DNA from: an uncultured Acidobacteriota bacterium | GTDB lineage: Bacteria; Acidobacteriota; UBA6911 | DNA: 64,000 nucleotides | Direction: 5' to 3' | Assembly (NCBI GenBank): GCA_963827655.1 | Contig: CAWHCF010000046.1 | Span: 64,001-128,000 of the forward strand | Shown here: piece after piece, positions 1 to 11,586 of the stretch | How the letters are laid out: every line of letters begins with the position of its first letter | Numbering within the stretch: position 1 is the stretch's first letter | Made by a program: the position numbers and the translations under genes | Notes under the pieces: generated by a model | What the model saw: only the letters and a program-made list of their open reading frames with translations | Told to the model about the DNA's origin: nothing | Database searches by the model: none

Positions 1-1260
1 CAATGAAAGATAATTGTTGGCGTTTGTGAAAGGGTTGTTCGGCGCCACGTTAGGGAGCGGCATATACTCGAGGACCCGCAGGGATAAAGGATCCATGCGG
101 GTCCGTAGAATCACGTTGCCGGGGAAAGGATCCCGAACGAAGCCGCTGCCGGCGGGATTGGGTCGAGTAGTCGCCGGATCGTAAATGAGAATAAGGTTTC
201 CGTTGCCGTCGCGGGTGTTTGAGAAATCGCCCGCGCGTTCCGCCGGAGTCGGGACGGTGGCGCGGTTGATGTTGGCAGTTCTGTGCCGCCACTGTTCATA
301 GCCGACGTGAAAGAAGGTTCGGTCCTTCCCGTTGTAGAGTTTCGGAATCCGAACCGGGCCGCCCACAGTGCCGCCATACTGGTTGTAGCGCAGAACGGGC
401 TTGGTCCGGCCCGTCACCGGGTCTCGCTGGGTCAGAAAGGCGTTGCGCGCGTCGAAGGCGTCATTCCGGACAAACTCGTAGAGCGAGCCGTGGAACTGAT
501 TGGTCCCGCTTCTCGTGACGACGCTGATGACTCCGCCGTTTGACTGGCCAAACTCGGCCGCGAGAGCGTTAGTGTGAACTTTGAACTCCTCAACCGTATC
601 CAGGAGAGGCACAACCCCGAGTTCGTTGTGCACCGGCACGGTGTTCATTCCTCCATCGAGGAATATCTGGTTTCCGTAAACCGGGCCGCCATTGAAACTG
701 ATTTGGGAGAAGGCCTGATTGTCGACCTGTGCAAAACCATCCGTACCCTTTGACCTTGGTTGCACGCCCGGAATCAGCCTGACCAGGTCCAGGACATGCC
801 GTCCATTGAGCGGGAGATTCTCGATCCGTTCTCGTTCAACGGTCGCGCCGAGACTGGAGTCTTCGGTTTGAACTCTGGACACAGCGCCGGCGACCGTCAC
901 CGTCTCGGTTACTTCGCCCACCTTGAGCACAACGTCGAGACGGAGTCTCTGCCCGACTTCGAGCACCACACCGGTTCGTTTAAATGTTGAGAACCCGGCC
1001 AGGGCGGCCGTCAGGTCGAACAGGCCGACGGGAAGCGATGGAATAGCGTACACCCCGTCGTCCGAACTGACTGCGGCAAATCTCTGGTTCGTGTCGACAT
1101 GTAACGCGGTCACCTCGACGCCGGGCACGCGCGCGCCCGAGGAGTCTGTAATGGTCCCGGTAAGGGTCCCTTTGGGCGACTGGCCGTGCGCGCTGCTTGA
1201 CGAGAGGAGCAGGGCGAGCCATGGATAAATGAAGAACCTGATGGTCATTCTGTCAGTCAT
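1..1260 (-). CDS. TonB-dependent receptor with N-terminal carboxypeptidase-regulatory-like domain (partial, runs off the left edge)
   Basis: Manual translation from ATG 1260: signal peptide, then GTLTGTITDSSGARVPGVEVTA, IENLPLNGRHVLDL, VEEFKVHTNALAAEFG, TRSGTNQFHGSLYEFVRNDAFDARN. Missing from the ORF track because it has no stop in the window. Confidence 0.88.
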   Translation of the reverse strand, partial: MTDRMTIRFFIYPWLALLLSSSSAHGQSPKGTLTGTITDSSGARVPGVEVTALHVDTNQRFAAVSSDDGVYAIPSLPVGLFDLTAALAGFSTFKRTGVVLEVGQRLRLDVVLKVGEVTETVTVAGAVSRVQTEDSSLGATVERERIENLPLNGRHVLDLVRLIPGVQPRSKGTDGFAQVDNQAFSQISFNGGPVYGNQIFLDGGMNTVPVHNELGVVPLLDTVEEFKVHTNALAAEFGQSNGGVISVVTRSGTNQFHGSLYEFVRNDAFDARNAFLTQRDPVTGRTKPVLRYNQYGGTVGGPVRIPKLYNGKDRTFFHVGYEQWRHRTANINRATVPTPAERAGDFSNTRDGNGNLILIYDPATTRPNPAGSGFVRDPFPGNVILRTRMDPLSLRVLEYMPLPNVAPNNPFTNANNYLSL

Positions 1261-1440
1261 GACGAGAACTCCGGTTGTGGTTCGACTTCGTCAACGAAAT
1301 CACTCGAGCCGATCGTTGATACAACCTAAGCCAAGTCCAAGTTTTCTGCAAGGGTGTCGGTCGCCCACGGCGAGCGAAATAAATCTACCATTCGGGCGTA
1401 AGAGTAGTGGTAAGCTCATGCCACAAAAAAGGAGAATCCT

Positions 1441-2061
1441 GTGAAACGACATCTCGTCTTGTTCGCGCTTGGCTTCCTCCTGGTGCAGACGCTGTCTCCG
1501 GCAGCGCTGGCGGAACGTAAGCCGTACGCACTCGACCGGTCGCACTGCCAGCTCAATTTCATCGGGGAAGCCCTGCTGATCTCCGCCCATGGATCCTTTG
1601 ACAAATGGGACGCAGACGTCCAGATGGACCGCGACAAGCTGGAAAATTCCTCGCTCACCCTCACGATTGATGCGACCAGCATCAACACCCGTGTCGAGCG
1701 CCGGGATAATCATCTGAGGAGTCCCGATTTTCTGGATGTGAAGAATCATCCTCAGATAAAGTTCGTCTCAACCAAGGTGACGCGCGTCGATGACAAGACC
1801 CTCAATCTCGTGGGGGACCTTACCATTCGGGGGACGACCAAGCCCGTCCAGGTACCGGTCAAGGTGGTGTTCATGCGCCCTGACGATGCCAGATTCAAGG
1901 GCGACCTCCAGATCAACCGCAAGGATTTTGGCGTCAATTACGATTCGAAAATGAACCCGATCGAAGACATGATCACGGTGCAGTTTGATTTTCACCTGGT
2001 CGACCAGCAGGCCATGCAGCAACGCCAGCAGAATCGTCCCGCTCAGCCACCGCCGAACTAG
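1441..2061 (+). CDS. YceI family periplasmic lipid/polyisoprenoid-binding protein
   Basis: Signal peptide; SINTRVERRDNHLRSPDFLDV and GDLTIRGTTKPV motifs. Confidence 0.9.
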   Translation: MKRHLVLFALGFLLVQTLSPAALAERKPYALDRSHCQLNFIGEALLISAHGSFDKWDADVQMDRDKLENSSLTLTIDATSINTRVERRDNHLRSPDFLDVKNHPQIKFVSTKVTRVDDKTLNLVGDLTIRGTTKPVQVPVKVVFMRPDDARFKGDLQINRKDFGVNYDSKMNPIEDMITVQFDFHLVDQQAMQQRQQNRPAQPPPN

Positions 2062-2127
2062 GCCGTCTTTGCATCTTCGTGTACTGGAATCAAAGACTCG
2101 GTGTCTTCGTGTCTTGGCGGTGGGTTT

Positions 2128-2931
2128 ATGAATTTTCCAAGACTGATGGGATGCTCTCTGGTTGCAGCCTTGGCGATCGCCTCGACAACCGCCGCCCAGA
2201 ATCGGAATCGCCCGCCGGCGCGAGCGCTCGATGAAGCGGAGGTGTCACAAGGACGTGAAATCTATAACCGATCGTGCACGACCTGCCACGGCCTGGACGG
2301 AACCGAAGGCGACCGGGCTCCAGCGCTAGGCGCCACACGGCGCTATCTTCGAACCAGTGATGAAGCTCTATTCGATGCCATAAAGAACGGAATCGGCGGC
2401 ACTCTCATGCCTCCTTCCTCGATGCCGGCGGCCGAGGTCCGGAAGGTGGTGGCCTACATTCAGAGCCTGCGCGCGACCGCCTCGGAGGCGGTGGTCAAAG
2501 GAGATGGCGCGCAGGGCGCGGAGATTTTCTGGGGGAAGGGGGAATGCGGCAAGTGTCACATGATCGGGGGCCGGGGCGACATTCTGGGGCCGGACCTCTC
2601 GAACATCGGGGGTGAGCGCCGCCTGAGCTTTCTGCGCGATCTTCTGATCAAGGAAAGGCCGCGCATTCCGCGCGGCTACCATCCGGTTCGAGTCAAGACG
2701 CGTGACGGGCTGACTCTGGAGGGAATCGTCAAGAACGAAAATAACTTTTCACTCCAGCTCCTGGACATGGATCGCAAGCTGCACCTGTTCACCCGTGACG
2801 AATTAGCTGAAGTGACTTACGCGACCAGGTCGCTCATGCCGAGCAACTATGATCAGCGCCTGACTGAGACCGAATTGCAGAACCTGCTGGCATTTCTGAG
2901 CCGGCAGGCACGCAGCAAGGAGCCTCGATGA
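2128..2931 (+). CDS. Di-heme c-type cytochrome, probable quinoprotein partner
   Basis: Signal peptide; CTTCH and CGKCH; GPDLS motif; stop overlaps the start of the next gene (ATGA). Confidence 0.85.
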   Translation: MNFPRLMGCSLVAALAIASTTAAQNRNRPPARALDEAEVSQGREIYNRSCTTCHGLDGTEGDRAPALGATRRYLRTSDEALFDAIKNGIGGTLMPPSSMPAAEVRKVVAYIQSLRATASEAVVKGDGAQGAEIFWGKGECGKCHMIGGRGDILGPDLSNIGGERRLSFLRDLLIKERPRIPRGYHPVRVKTRDGLTLEGIVKNENNFSLQLLDMDRKLHLFTRDELAEVTYATRSLMPSNYDQRLTETELQNLLAFLSRQARSKEPR

Positions 2932-4508
2932 AGACCCGCATCGCCTGCTTTTTGATCCTGGCGGCCGAGCTGGCCGCGGCTCAGGTCACGTACCAGGACT
3001 TGCTGAAGGCCGATCCTGATAACTGGCTGAGTTACTCGGGCTCTTACAGCGCCCAGCGCCACAGCCTGTTGAAACAGATCAACGCCGGCAACGTGCACGC
3101 CCTGGTGCCGAAATGGATCTACCACATCGCCGGCGCGAGCCGGCTGGAGAGTGTGCCGGTCGTCGTGGATGGAGTGATGTACATCTCGCAGCCCAACGAA
3201 GTCTATGCGCTCGATGGGCGCACGGGCCGCCTGTTATGGGAATACCGCCGGACGCCGGCCATCCGCAGAGGCCCCAACCGCGGTGTCGCCGTTTACGGCA
3301 ACAGAGTCTACTTCGGCACACCCGACCCCTGCCTGGTGGCGCTCGATGCGCGGACGGGGAATCTACTGTGGGAGACGAAACTGGCTGAGCCGAGCGAGGG
3401 CTACTGGTGCCCGGTGGCTCCCCTTCCGGTAAAAGACAAGATCATTATCGGCATCGCGCCGGGGGATCACGGATTGAACGGCTGGCTCGATGCGTATGAC
3501 GCCGAGACGGGCAAGCGAGCGTGGCGCTGGCATGCGATCCCGAAGCCGGGCGAGCCCGGGTCAGAGACCTGGGCCGGGGAGTCGTGGAAAACGGGCGGAG
3601 GGAACACCTGGCTGACCGGCAGCTTCGACCCGGCGCTCAACCTGATCTACTGGGGAATCGGAAATCCGGCGCCCGATTTCGACGGCGACGCGCGCAAGGG
3701 TGACAATCTGTATACGGAGTGCATGGTGGCTCTGGATGCCGATTCGGGAAAGCTGAAGTGGTATTTCCAGTTCACGCCGCACGACGTGCACGACTGGGAT
3801 GCGGTCGAGATTCCGGTTCTGGTCGACGCGCCGTTTCAGGGTGAAATGCGCAAGCTCCTGGTGCAGGCGAATCGAAACGGCTATTACTACGTTCTTGACC
3901 GCACCAATGGCAAATTCCTGCACGGAACGCCGTTTGTGAAGCTGCTTAACTGGGCGAAGGGTCTGACGCCCGAAGGGAGGCCGATCCGCGTACCCGGAGT
4001 AGAGCCGACCCTCCAGGGGAACAAGGTATGCCCCCCGACCGCGGGCGCGACCAACTGGATGTCGCCGGCGTACAATCCGGACACCGGGTATTTTTATGTG
4101 GTCGCGCTCGAAGGTTGCGGCATCAGTACCAAGGCTGCCGACAAGTTCCGGCCCGGCGGCTTTCCGTTCATGGCCACCGGGTACGTTGAAAGTCCCGAGG
4201 AGCCCTGGCAGATGCACGTCCGCGCCCTCGAGCTGACCACCGGCAAGCTGAAATGGGATTACAAGCAGACCGGATCACGAAGTTACGGCGCAGGCCTGCT
4301 CTCGACCGCCGGAGGTCTGATCTTTGCCGGCGACGACCAGGGCTTCTTCACTGCGCTTGACGCGACGGCCGGGAAACCGCTGTGGCACTTCAACACCGGC
4401 CAGCGTATTTCGGCGTCCCCGATCACCTACAGCTTCAAGGGCAAGCAGTACATCGCCGTCGCGGCCGGTTCGAATGTCGTGGCCTTCGGACTGTACGATG
4501 GTCTGTAA
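2928..4508 (+). CDS. PQQ-type beta-propeller dehydrogenase lacking the vicinal Cys-Cys
   Basis: NWLSYSG, PVVVDGVMY, NRGVA, FQFTPHDVHDWDA, ANRNG, SPITY...GKQYIAV. Confidence 0.9.
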   Translation: MKTRIACFLILAAELAAAQVTYQDLLKADPDNWLSYSGSYSAQRHSLLKQINAGNVHALVPKWIYHIAGASRLESVPVVVDGVMYISQPNEVYALDGRTGRLLWEYRRTPAIRRGPNRGVAVYGNRVYFGTPDPCLVALDARTGNLLWETKLAEPSEGYWCPVAPLPVKDKIIIGIAPGDHGLNGWLDAYDAETGKRAWRWHAIPKPGEPGSETWAGESWKTGGGNTWLTGSFDPALNLIYWGIGNPAPDFDGDARKGDNLYTECMVALDADSGKLKWYFQFTPHDVHDWDAVEIPVLVDAPFQGEMRKLLVQANRNGYYYVLDRTNGKFLHGTPFVKLLNWAKGLTPEGRPIRVPGVEPTLQGNKVCPPTAGATNWMSPAYNPDTGYFYVVALEGCGISTKAADKFRPGGFPFMATGYVESPEEPWQMHVRALELTTGKLKWDYKQTGSRSYGAGLLSTAGGLIFAGDDQGFFTALDATAGKPLWHFNTGQRISASPITYSFKGKQYIAVAAGSNVVAFGLYDGL

Positions 4509-4572
4509 AAACAATAACCACCAGGACACCAAGGCACGAAGAAAGCACTCTGGCACCAGGCTTTCCCACGCC

Positions 4573-5866
4573 CTACTTGAGCAGCCCAGTCTCAAAGTCG
4601 AGGACCGCGCGCTGGATCTGGTACTCGTAGGTCGCGCTGGCAGCCGTGATCTCGGCCGAGGTCTTGTTGAGCTGCGCTTGACTCAGCTCAACGATCGAGC
4701 TGAGCCCGAGCCCGTAGCGCGTCTGCGCGAACGCCGCCGCCTTCGAGGCCTGATCGAGCAGCCGCGTGGTGACGTCGAGACGCTGAAAGGCGTTCCGCGC
4801 GCTGAGCCACGCCACCCGGACGGACTGTGCGATGCGCAACTCGAGGTCCTTCACCTCTGCGCCGATGGACTTGGCGCGCAGCTCGGCCTCGGCGTGACGC
4901 GCCGCAAACAGGTTGCCGTTGAAGACGGGGATGCTGAGGTTCAACCCGCCGCCGGCGTACTTGCCGCGCAGGTGTTCATCGTGGACGGGCAGGACCCCCG
5001 CGGTGCCGAGCAGGCTCAGCGTCGGGAAGCGCAAGCTCTTCTCACCGTCTGCCAGCTGCTGCGCGGCGTCGCTCTGCAAGCGCAAGGCAATCAGCTCGGG
5101 CCGCGACGCGAGCGCGTCGCGGACAAGCGTCTCGACATCGCCGGCAAGGGGCGGCGGAAGAGTTTCCTCGGCCAGCGTGAACTCCTGCGGCGTCTCGAAG
5201 CCCATGGCTGCTGAAAGGTCCGCGGTCGCCGCGCGGATGTCGTTTTGTGCTCGAAAGAGCAGCAACTCCGCCTCCGAGACGTTTACGGCCGCGAAGTTCA
5301 CGTCCAGGGTCGAACGCAGGTCGCTCTTCTGGAGCGCCGTCACCTGCCGCAGGCTGAGCCCGCGCGCCTCGACGGTTTCCTGCGCAACGCGCAGCACAGA
5401 GCGCCTCAAGAGCTGGCGATAGTAGGCCTGGCGCACCTGCACCAGGACCTGCGCGCGCGTGACCGAGACACTCTCCGAAACAGCCTGGGCCTGCATCTCG
5501 GCGCGCGGGTCAGGCTGGCGTGCGGCCGAAATCGGTGATCAGCTGGTTGACGGTGAATCCGGTGGCGGCGCGGCTGGCCACACTCGATGTGGTGATTGCG
5601 CCAGCTGCCACCACAGTGCCGTGGTCGGCCCCCATCCCCGTGACCTGGATGTTGACGGTCGGGTAGTATGCGGCGCGCGCCTGAGCGACTGTGGCCGCGG
5701 CGGCGTCCGCGCGGTAGCGCGCGGCTCCGAGCCTGGGGTGGTTGCTCAGCGCCAGCGCCTCGGCTTCGGCCAGCGTCAGGTGGCGCTGGACGGGGGCCTC
5801 GGCGGCGGAGAGGGCCGTCGTGAACAGCAGAATCGTGGCCAGCGCTCGAGTGTCCACTCCTCTCAT
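4573..5866 (-). CDS. TolC family outer membrane efflux protein (frameshift near 5510)
   Basis: ORFs 5510-5866 (signal peptide, ITDFGRT) and 4573-5496 (LNLSIPVFNG, YGLGLSSIVEL) join into one OEP protein. Confidence 0.85.
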
Positions 5867-5867
5867 C

Positions 5868-8800
5868 TTATTGCTCCTCGCTTGCTACAGGTGAAGTCAG
5901 GGACCGGTCGGCGCGCCCGTAAACCAGAAGATAGGCGGCCGGCACGATGAATACGGTGAAAAGGAGTGATACTGCCATGCCTCCGATGATCGCAAGCGCC
6001 AGGGGCGCGTAAGCCTCGCTACCGGTTCCAAGCCGCATTGCCATTGGCAGCAGGCCTATGATGGTCGCGAACGAAGTCATCAGGATCGGGCGCAGCCGGA
6101 CCCGGCCGGCCGCCGCGACCGCGTCACGCACCGAAGCTCCTTCCTCGCGCGACCGGCGAGTGAACTCGACGATCAGGATGCTGTTCGAGACCACGATTCC
6201 GACCATCATCACGATTCCCATCAGCGACTGCACGTTGAGCGTCGTGCCCGTCCCGGCCAGAGCCACGAGTACTCCGCTCAGGCCCATCGGGACGGCGAGC
6301 AGGATGATGAGCGGGTCGATGAACGAGCGGAACTGCGCCACGAGAATGAGGTATAGGAGGAACGTCGCCAGGATCAGGCCGAGCGCGAAGCTGCGGAACG
6401 ACTCGCGCATCGCATGCACGACGCCGCGCAGGTCAACCCGGACCCCCGTCGGAAGCTTGGTGCGCCGGATGATCTCCTCGATCGAGCTCGCCACTCGCCC
6501 GACGTCCTCGTCGGCCAGGCTGACGTAGGCGTCGATGACCTTGCGCAGTCCGTAGTGGGCGACCTCGGTGGGCGCCTCGACGCGACGCATGCGCGCCACG
6601 GCGTCGAGCGTGGTGGCCCGGCTGCGGGCGGCCGAGCGGACCGGAATGTCGCCCAGGTCCGACAGTTCCCGGATCTCTCCTTCCGGGTATTGCACGGTGA
6701 GCAAGTAGTCATTGTTGCTCTTCGGGTCGGTCCAGAAGTCGGCGCGATCATCTGGTTCGAGGCGATAGCCGTGATCACGTTGCTCACGATCTCCTTCTGG
6801 GTGAGACCGAGCTGGCTCGCGCGCAGGCGGTCGACCTCCAGGCGCAGCGCCGGGTTGTCGAGGTCCTGCGGGATCATGACGTCCTTGACGCCGGGGAGCC
6901 GGCGGATCTCGGCGGCGATCTCCGAGGCGACGGCGAACGGGGATTCGCAGGTCGGGTCCGCTTACCTGAACGTCGATCGGCGCCGGGAGACCGAAATTGA
7001 GCACGGCGTCGACGAAGCCGCCAGACTGGAAATAAGCGTTCATGTGGGGCAGTCTCCGAGCGGATGCGCTGGCGAACGCGGTCCATGTACTCGTAGCTGC
7101 CGACCCGGTGGCCGTCCTTGAGGCTGACCTGGAGGAAGCCGGTGTGAGGCGCCGAGTTCGACGTATAGATCGCCGAGAAGTCTGGGACCACGCCGATGTT
7201 GGCCACCATCATCTCGAGGTCCTCGGGTGCGACCACCTCGCGCACGAGCTTCTCGACGCGCGCGACCTCGCGTTCCGTGGCGTCGAGCCGAGTTCCCGAC
7301 GGCGCCTTCAGGTTGATGACAAACTGGCCGGCGTCGGTGCGCGGGAAATACGAGACGCCGAGGACTGGGTACAGCGCCAGGCTCAGGGTGAAGAGCGCTA
7401 CCGTGGCCGACACGAGCACGATGGGGCGCCGGAGCGCGACGCCCAGCAGCCGGTCGTAGAGGGCCATGAAGCCGACGAAGCCGCGGTTGAAGGCGAAATG
7501 GATATGGCCGATGCCGCGCGGGATGCCGTGGGCGTGAGGCGCGCGAATGAAGAGCGCGCAGAAGAGCGGCACGACCGTAAGGGCGACCACATACGAAGCA
7601 ATCAGCGCGAGCACGACCGTCAGCGCCAGCGCCGAGAAGAGGTCCTTGCTGACGCCGTAGAGAAACGTCACCGGGAAGAAGACCACGGAGGTTGTGAGCG
7701 TCGAGGCGAGCACCGGGAGCGCGACCTCGTCGGCCCCCTTGCGCGCGGCCTCCCGCACGGGTTCCCCCAGTTCCATCCGCCGGAAGATGTTCTCGAGCAC
7801 GACCACGGAGTTGTCGACCAGGCGCGAGAAGGCGAGCGCCAGCCCTCCGAGCGTCATCGAGTTGATCGAGCCGCCGGAGAAGGAAAGAGCGAGGAAGGCC
7901 GCGAGCGCCGAGAGCGGGATCGAGAAGAAGACGGCCACGGTCGCGCGCAGGCTGCCCAGGAACAGCAGGATCATGAGCGAGGTGAGCAGGATTCCGAGTC
8001 CCCCTTCGCTGAGCAGCGTCTGGATCGCGCGCTTGATAAATTTTGACTGGTCGAAGACGACCTCGCCACCAGGTTCGCGGGGACGTCAAGCAGGTTCGCG
8101 ACCTCGCGGTGCACGGCGTCAACGACTGCGATCGTGTTGGTATCACCCCCCTGACGCAGCACCGGCTGGTAGACGGAGGGCTGTCCGTCGACCCGCACGA
8201 TATTGTACTGGATCTGTGCCGCATCCTTGGGTATGCCGACGTCGGCGATCGTGATCGACGACTGGTTCACGGTCTTGATCGGGATCCGCAGCAGGCCCTC
8301 GAGGTCCGAGAACTGGCTGTTGGTATAGATCGGGTAGTCCATCGGGCCCATGCGGACATTGCCGGCCGGAAGGATCAGGTTGGTCTCGTTGACGGCGCGC
8401 ACCACGTCCATCGGGCTCAGCTCGTAGCTGTGGAGCTTCTGCGGGTCGACGTAGATCATGATCTGGCGGTAGCGTCCGCCGAACGGCGGCGGGACTGCAG
8501 CCCCCTGCACCTTCGCGACCTGGGTGCGCACCTTGTAGTGCGCGACGTCGCGCAGCGCGGCGTCGGTCATCCCCTCCCCCTTGAGGGCGATCAGGCACAC
8601 CGGGAGGCTCGATGCGTCGAACTTGAGCACGATGGGCGGCAGCGTACCGGGGGGAAGGCGGCGCTGCTCGGCGCTGCCAGGTTGGCCATGGCGGAGACCG
8701 CCGAGTCGGGGTTCGTACCCTGCTGGAAGAAGATCTTGATCACGCTCACGCCCGGCAGGGAGCGCGACTCGATGTGCTCGATCCCGGGCGCCAGGGTGAA

Positions 8801-9004
8801 GAAGCGCTCCTGGCGCTGCGTGATGTCATTTTCGACCTGCTCGGGCGGCATCCCCGGATAGAAAGTGGCAACGACCACCACGGTCAGATCCATCGCCGGG
8901 AACATGTCGACCGGCATGCGCGCGAGCGACGTCCCGCCGAGCACGCAGACCACGACCGCGCACACGAGGATGAAGTACGGGTTGCGCAGGGAGAAGGAGG
9001 GCAT
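5868..9004 (-). CDS. RND efflux permease (AcrB/CusA superfamily), split by about 4 frameshifts; sequencing error or pseudogene
   Basis: Consecutive ORFs 8591-9004, 7971-8630, 6874-7974, 6374-6877, 5868-7043 carry RND motifs RMPVDMFP, SRLVDNSVVVLENI, RLRPILMTS. Confidence 0.88.
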
Positions 9005-10212
9005 CAGTTCGACATGAGCTTGGGCTGGACCTTCTGGCCGGCGCGGAGCTGACTGCGGTTCCCGACCACGACGAGTTCGTTGGCCGCCAGTCCGTCGACC
9101 ACTTCCACCGACGTCGCGGTCTCGAGGCCCACCCGGACCGACCGTTCATGCAGAGTCCCGTCGGGGCTGACCACGGTGACGGAACGTTGGATATCGTGGC
9201 CGGAAATTGCCTGCACAGGGACGGTGAGGGCCGAGTCGCGCTTCTCGAGCGTCAGCACAACCTCGGCGTAGAGCCCGGGGAAAAGCTGGCCGCTCTGGTT
9301 CGGCACGTCGATCTCGACGGTCATGGTGCGGGTGTCCAGCTCGACCGTTTTGGTCAAGCGCGCGATCCGTCCGTCGAGCGAGCTGTCTAGCGACCGCACG
9401 CGAATTCGAACGGGGGCGCCCACCCGGATGCGGGGCGCCGCGGATTCTGGCACGGGAACGGCCAGCCGCAGACGATCGATCTGGGCAAGCCGGACCACGG
9501 GCATCGCCTGAGTCTGCGAGGCGGTGCCAGCCTGAATCATAGCTCCAGGGTCCGCGTAGCGCTTGGTGATCAGTCCCGCGAACGGCGCGATGATGCGAGT
9601 GTAGTCCGCCATGGCCCGGACGCGCTGCTCGGTCGCGCGCGCGGCCTCGATCTGCTGCTCCGCGGAGGCGATCGCGGCGGTGGCGGCGGCGACCGTGGCG
9701 GCGGCGACGCGCTTGCGAGCCGAAACGTCGTCAAGCTCCTGCTGTGCGATCAAGCCGGGCTCGGTGCTTGCGGCAGCGAGCAACCGCGTCTGGGAAAGTT
9801 CCACCAGCCCGCGATTAGCCTCGGCGCGTTCGAGCTCGCCGCGCAGGCGGACCAGCTCGGACGTGGCGTGGCGAATCTGAGCAGTGGCGTGCGTTAGGTC
9901 GGGGGCGATCTCGGGGATCTCGAGCGTGGCCACGAGCTGTCCTGCTCGAACCCGATCGCCGACGTCAACCTCGATTGCTTTGAGGTACCCCGCGACCTTG
10001 GCGTGCAGCTCGATCGACTGATAGGGCCGGAACTCGCCGGTCAAGAGGAGGTCTCGCGTGAGGGTCTCGGCCCCGACCTTGGCCACCGCGACGGCGGGCA
10101 GGGCGGCCGGCGACTCGTCGGTGGTTGAAGTCGCCTGGCTGCGATCACACGCGACCCCCCCCAGCACGACCAGAAGCAAAACTGCACAACCTAACGCTCG
10201 AACTCCTGACAT
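9004..10212 (-). CDS. RND efflux periplasmic adaptor (membrane fusion protein)
   Basis: Lipobox-like GVAC; VDVGDRVRAGQLVA, IAPFAGLIT, LFPGLYAEV. Confidence 0.9.
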   Translation of the reverse strand: MSGVRALGCAVLLLVVLGGVACDRSQATSTTDESPAALPAVAVAKVGAETLTRDLLLTGEFRPYQSIELHAKVAGYLKAIEVDVGDRVRAGQLVATLEIPEIAPDLTHATAQIRHATSELVRLRGELERAEANRGLVELSQTRLLAAASTEPGLIAQQELDDVSARKRVAAATVAAATAAIASAEQQIEAARATEQRVRAMADYTRIIAPFAGLITKRYADPGAMIQAGTASQTQAMPVVRLAQIDRLRLAVPVPESAAPRIRVGAPVRIRVRSLDSSLDGRIARLTKTVELDTRTMTVEIDVPNQSGQLFPGLYAEVVLTLEKRDSALTVPVQAISGHDIQRSVTVVSPDGTLHERSVRVGLETATSVEVVDGLAANELVVVGNRSQLRAGQKVQPKLMSN

Positions 10213-10293
10213 CCAAGTTTCCTCCGGGGAAGACGCGGATAGCCAACGCGGGTGAGCATCAGGTTACCGGACGCTGACGAGGAAATCAATCGA

Positions 10294-10325
10294 TTCTTCA
10301 TCAATTCTTAATCAATTCTTAACAA
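10294..10325. promoter_or_regulatory. Triple 11-bp-period direct repeat, putative OmpR-family response-regulator box
   Basis: TTCTTCATCAA-TTCTTAATCAA-TTCTTAACAA in an AT-rich patch about 80 bp upstream of the RND operon. Confidence 0.5.
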
Positions 10326-10570
10326 TTGCTTCAGCAAGATCCTCCATACGGAAACCCCTGAAGGGCTATGACGGCCACCCGCTTCAGGTGGAGCGATTCG
10401 CGCCCGCCCTGAACTTTGTCCGCGCCGAGAGAACCCAGGATTCATCCACATCGATCGATATTCCGGCCATGGCAGGCGAAAAGAACGTAACAGGTGGCGC
10501 TTCTGGACCGTAAGGGTTCATGATTGAGCGGTTGACATCCCGATTTCATCCGATCTGCGAGGACCTGGCG

Positions 10571-11513
10571 ATGAATATGGAAAGGTTGTCAGTGACACGC
10601 CGGACATTTCTTGGATGCGGAATGGCGTTCCTGCGGCCCGGCTCGAGGACGCAAGAACCGGGCGGTTCCCAGACGGTCGAACTGCGTGCAGGAGAACTCA
10701 CGCTGCTGCTGGGTAACGAGTACGACCACGGCGCAGGCCGCCCCGGTTATATCGGCATCTGGAGTCTTACCAGCGTGCATGAGCCGGCCAACATATTCGT
10801 TCCCCGTTACGCCGGCTGGATTCACCGGAGAAACCGGGCCAGGGTGACACGGATGTCCGAGACCGAAGGGTTAATCCAGCACATGGATGCCGCCGGGAGG
10901 CTTGGGACCAGGCAGACCTTCAAGGTGATCCCGCCGCACTACTTCGACTGCGTGTTCACCATGGGTGGCTCCGGTGATTCTATCCCGGTCAACGGCACCA
11001 GCTACATGAACGGGCCGGAGGACCCGGGGGTGTACTTTCTCGATCCGGCAAATGAAATGGCAACGCCACTACGATCCTCTTCATGGCAGCGCCGCTAGCA
11101 TCTTGCCGGCGGGTATGCCGGTCCCGGAAGTAAAAAAGGTGCCAGACTCGCCCTATCCTCGCGGCACACAGAATTTTTGGGATACTTTCGCCGAGCATCG
11201 CTATCATCCTGACTATTCGCTCTTCTACGGACGCTTCCGTGACATGGTCCTGGTTCACATGTTCCCGCCGCAGTCGAATGTGATCCCATATACCTCCCCC
11301 AGCGGCGGCGGTCCCCGGCCTGGAGGACAGCTTCGCAACCCAGCCTGGGACTGGCGCGTGACGATCACCCGCGGCGCGCAACGGAATGACGAACCGAGCT
11401 TCCTGGTGCGCGCGGTTTATAAAAAGTATGTGGACGACAGCGACATCCTGACCGAATACCGCAGCTGGACCAACACCCTGCCTGTCGGATCGCAGATCAA
11501 GAATGACGAATGA
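10571..11513 (+). CDS. Hypothetical protein with Tat-like signal (frameshift near 11050)
   Basis: VTRRTFLG signal; ORFs 10520-11098 and 11052-11513 read continuously as YFLDPA/KWQRHYDPLHG. Confidence 0.65.
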
Positions 11514-11550
11514 CCAATGACCAATGAGAAATCAATGAGATTTGTCATTA
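11501..11550. repeat. Heptamer tandem tract (AATGACC)n
   Basis: gaatgacgaatgaccaatgaccaatgagaaatcaatgag. Confidence 0.8.
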
Positions 11551-11586
11551 ATCTTACGTCCCAAGCCCACGAAGAGGGAAAAAACC

